From positions 1 to 45,971 of the forward strand of contig CAYFGV010000003.1 in assembly GCA_964342845.1 (NCBI GenBank): DNA of 45,971 nt. Reading direction: 5' to 3'. Position 1 is the first letter of the stretch, and each line of letters opens with the position of its first letter. Source of the DNA: Candidatus Woesearchaeota archaeon. Lineage in GTDB: Archaea > Nanobdellota > Nanobdellia > SCGC-AAA011-G17 > CAYFGV01. A program made the position numbers and the translations under genes. Shown here one piece after another: positions 44,616-45,971 of the stretch. The notes below the pieces were generated by a model. The model made no database searches and had not been told where the DNA came from. It worked only from the letters and a program-made list of their open reading frames with translations.

Positions 44616-44623
44616 TTTATAAA
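44616..44623 (+). promoter_or_regulatory. TATA box (TTTATAAA) for htpX
   Basis: ATAAACTTTATAAA, 33 nt upstream of the ATG at 44649. Confidence 0.45.
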
Positions 44624-44648
44624 TAACTCGTAATTAAAAAAACAAGAA

Positions 44649-45494
44649 ATGATAAACCAAATAAAAACAGTTTTATTTTTAGGAATATTAACAGGACTAC
44701 TCCTAGTTATCGGTGCACTAATTGGAGGACAATCCGGCCTAACAATAGCTTTATTCATAGCAATAGCAATGAATTTCATATCCTATTTCTTTTCACATAA
44801 AATAGTTCTAGCAATGTACAAAGCAAAAGAAGTAGATAAAACAAAAAACCCAGAATTATACGAAATGGTAAGAGATATAGCATTAAGAGCATCAATTCCA
44901 ACACCAAAAATTTATATCATCCCTTCAGAAAACCCAAATGCTTTTGCAACAGGTCCAAACCCAAAAAAAGCAGTAGTTGCAGTAACAAAAGGAATTATGG
45001 GTTTACTTTCAAAAGATGAATTAAAAGGAGTTCTAGCTCATGAAATAGCACACATAAAAAACAGAGACATCTTAATTTCAACAATAGCAGCAACAATAGC
45101 AGGTGCAATCTCTTATTTAGCTTTTATGGCAAGATTTGCAGCTATCTTTGGCGGTATGAGGGGAGATGGAGATAACTCTAATATTTTCGAACTTATAGCT
45201 TTAGCAATTATAGCCCCAATAGTAGCTGTAATAATCCAGTTAGCAATTTCAAGAAGTAGAGAATTCTTAGCAGACTCAACAGGAGCAAAAATAGTCAAAG
45301 ATCCGAACTCTTTAGCAGATGCATTACAAAAACTAAACACTTCAGCTAAAGAACATCCAATGAAAATGGGAAATCAAGCAACAGCACATATGTTTATAGT
45401 AAATCCTTTTACAGCAAAAAGTTTCTTTAAATTATTTAGTACTCACCCGGATATTAATCAAAGAATAGGTAAATTAAGGTCTATGATTATTTAA
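44649..45494 (+). CDS. htpX: M48-family zinc metalloprotease HtpX
   Basis: 281 aa. Four TM helices, HEIAHI zinc motif and a downstream EFLADSTGA glutamate. Confidence 0.9.
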   Translation: MINQIKTVLFLGILTGLLLVIGALIGGQSGLTIALFIAIAMNFISYFFSHKIVLAMYKAKEVDKTKNPELYEMVRDIALRASIPTPKIYIIPSENPNAFATGPNPKKAVVAVTKGIMGLLSKDELKGVLAHEIAHIKNRDILISTIAATIAGAISYLAFMARFAAIFGGMRGDGDNSNIFELIALAIIAPIVAVIIQLAISRSREFLADSTGAKIVKDPNSLADALQKLNTSAKEHPMKMGNQATAHMFIVNPFTAKSFFKLFSTHPDINQRIGKLRSMII

Positions 45495-45971
45495 CCATTC
45501 CACTTCTTCTTTACTAAAATCAAATTCTTCCATTAAACTTTTCTTATCAAAACTAATAAGCTTAAAATAAGGCAAAACATCTTTCATAGCCTTACTAACA
45601 GATAAATGATTTTTCAAAGCAATTTTCTCAGCAACCATCTTTTTCTTTTTACTAACCAATCTCCATAACCTAAAATTCTGTTTAGGACTCCTTCTAGTCT
45701 TCTTAAACTTAACTTTGCCATCTCCTTTATCAACAACATTAACACCTAAATTCAACGCCTTTCCATAAACAAAAAACCTCCAATGTTGCTGTCTTCTAAT
45801 CCTTCCTAAAAAAACATCAGCCTTACTCAACAAATCAAAACTTTCTTCTAATCTCTTATACTCTAAAGGCAAATTCTCTTCAATCCAATAACAAACGCAA
45901 TCATCACCGCTAAAAATAACAGGACTACGCCCTTTAGAAAAATTAAAAAAATCATTATTTAACTCATCTGA
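45474..45971 (-). CDS. rfcL: replication factor C large subunit, C-terminal part (5' end beyond the window)
   Basis: The frame stays open to the window edge, and the ORF-track M at 45872 is an internal TTG. The sequence ...DDCVCYWIEENLPLEYKRLEESFDLLSKADVFLGRIRRQQHWRF matches the conserved RfcL C-terminal region. Confidence 0.7.
   Translation of the reverse strand, partial: SDELNNDFFNFSKGRSPVIFSGDDCVCYWIEENLPLEYKRLEESFDLLSKADVFLGRIRRQQHWRFFVYGKALNLGVNVVDKGDGKVKFKKTRRSPKQNFRLWRLVSKKKKMVAEKIALKNHLSVSKAMKDVLPYFKLISFDKKSLMEEFDFSKEEVEWLNNHRP

Noticed and set aside
1-45971. CRISPR arrays, tRNA/rRNA genes, IS elements or transposases, integrases
   Set aside because: No regularly spaced repeat arrays were seen. 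No GC-rich structured islands stand out in the AT-rich spacers, as tRNAs would in a genome of this composition. No ORF carries DDE, serine-recombinase or tyrosine-recombinase motifs. The only mobile element recognised is the intein.

Overview
This is an AT-rich (about 30% GC by eye), tightly packed archaeal window. The gene set and promoter style fit a small-genome DPANN-type archaeon (Woesearchaeota/Pacearchaeota-like), but that placement is inference only. All product calls come from motif recognition in the supplied translations; no searches were run.

Most of the window is informational and housekeeping content:
- Replication and repair: family-B DNA polymerase, PolX, FEN1, RFC large subunit (partial), type IA topoisomerase, RadB, Ogg-type glycosylase.
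- Translation and tRNA: SerRS, MetAP, a Trm5-like methyltransferase.
- Protein quality control: CDC48, a PAC2 chaperone, HtpX, and a bacterial-type grpE-dnaK-dnaJ block.
- Accessory genes: two type II toxin-antitoxin pairs and a Fic protein.

Many genes sit about 28-33 nt downstream of a RAAAMCTTTATAWA BRE/TATA element, which implies leaderless mRNAs. Operon-internal genes often overlap by ATGA.

No rRNA, tRNA, CRISPR array, transposase or reverse transcriptase was seen.

Candidates for something undescribed, best first:
1. An orphan five-gene cluster at 37.3-41.2 kb. It holds two tandem Cys-rich paralogues with a nearly identical N-terminal tag and diverged tails, a repeat-bearing helical protein, and two convergent membrane proteins of identical unusual architecture. 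The first three genes are visibly more G-rich than their surroundings.
2. A compact nucleotide-handling operon at 2.9-6.1 kb: a dTMP-kinase-like protein, a 604-aa fusion with a nucleoside-phosphorylase-like C-terminus, and a CYTH protein.
3. A stand-alone HerA/DUF87-type ATPase whose Walker A loop is split by a 415-aa LAGLIDADG intein.
4. A fic gene bracketed by four same-orientation copies of TTGTCCACA.
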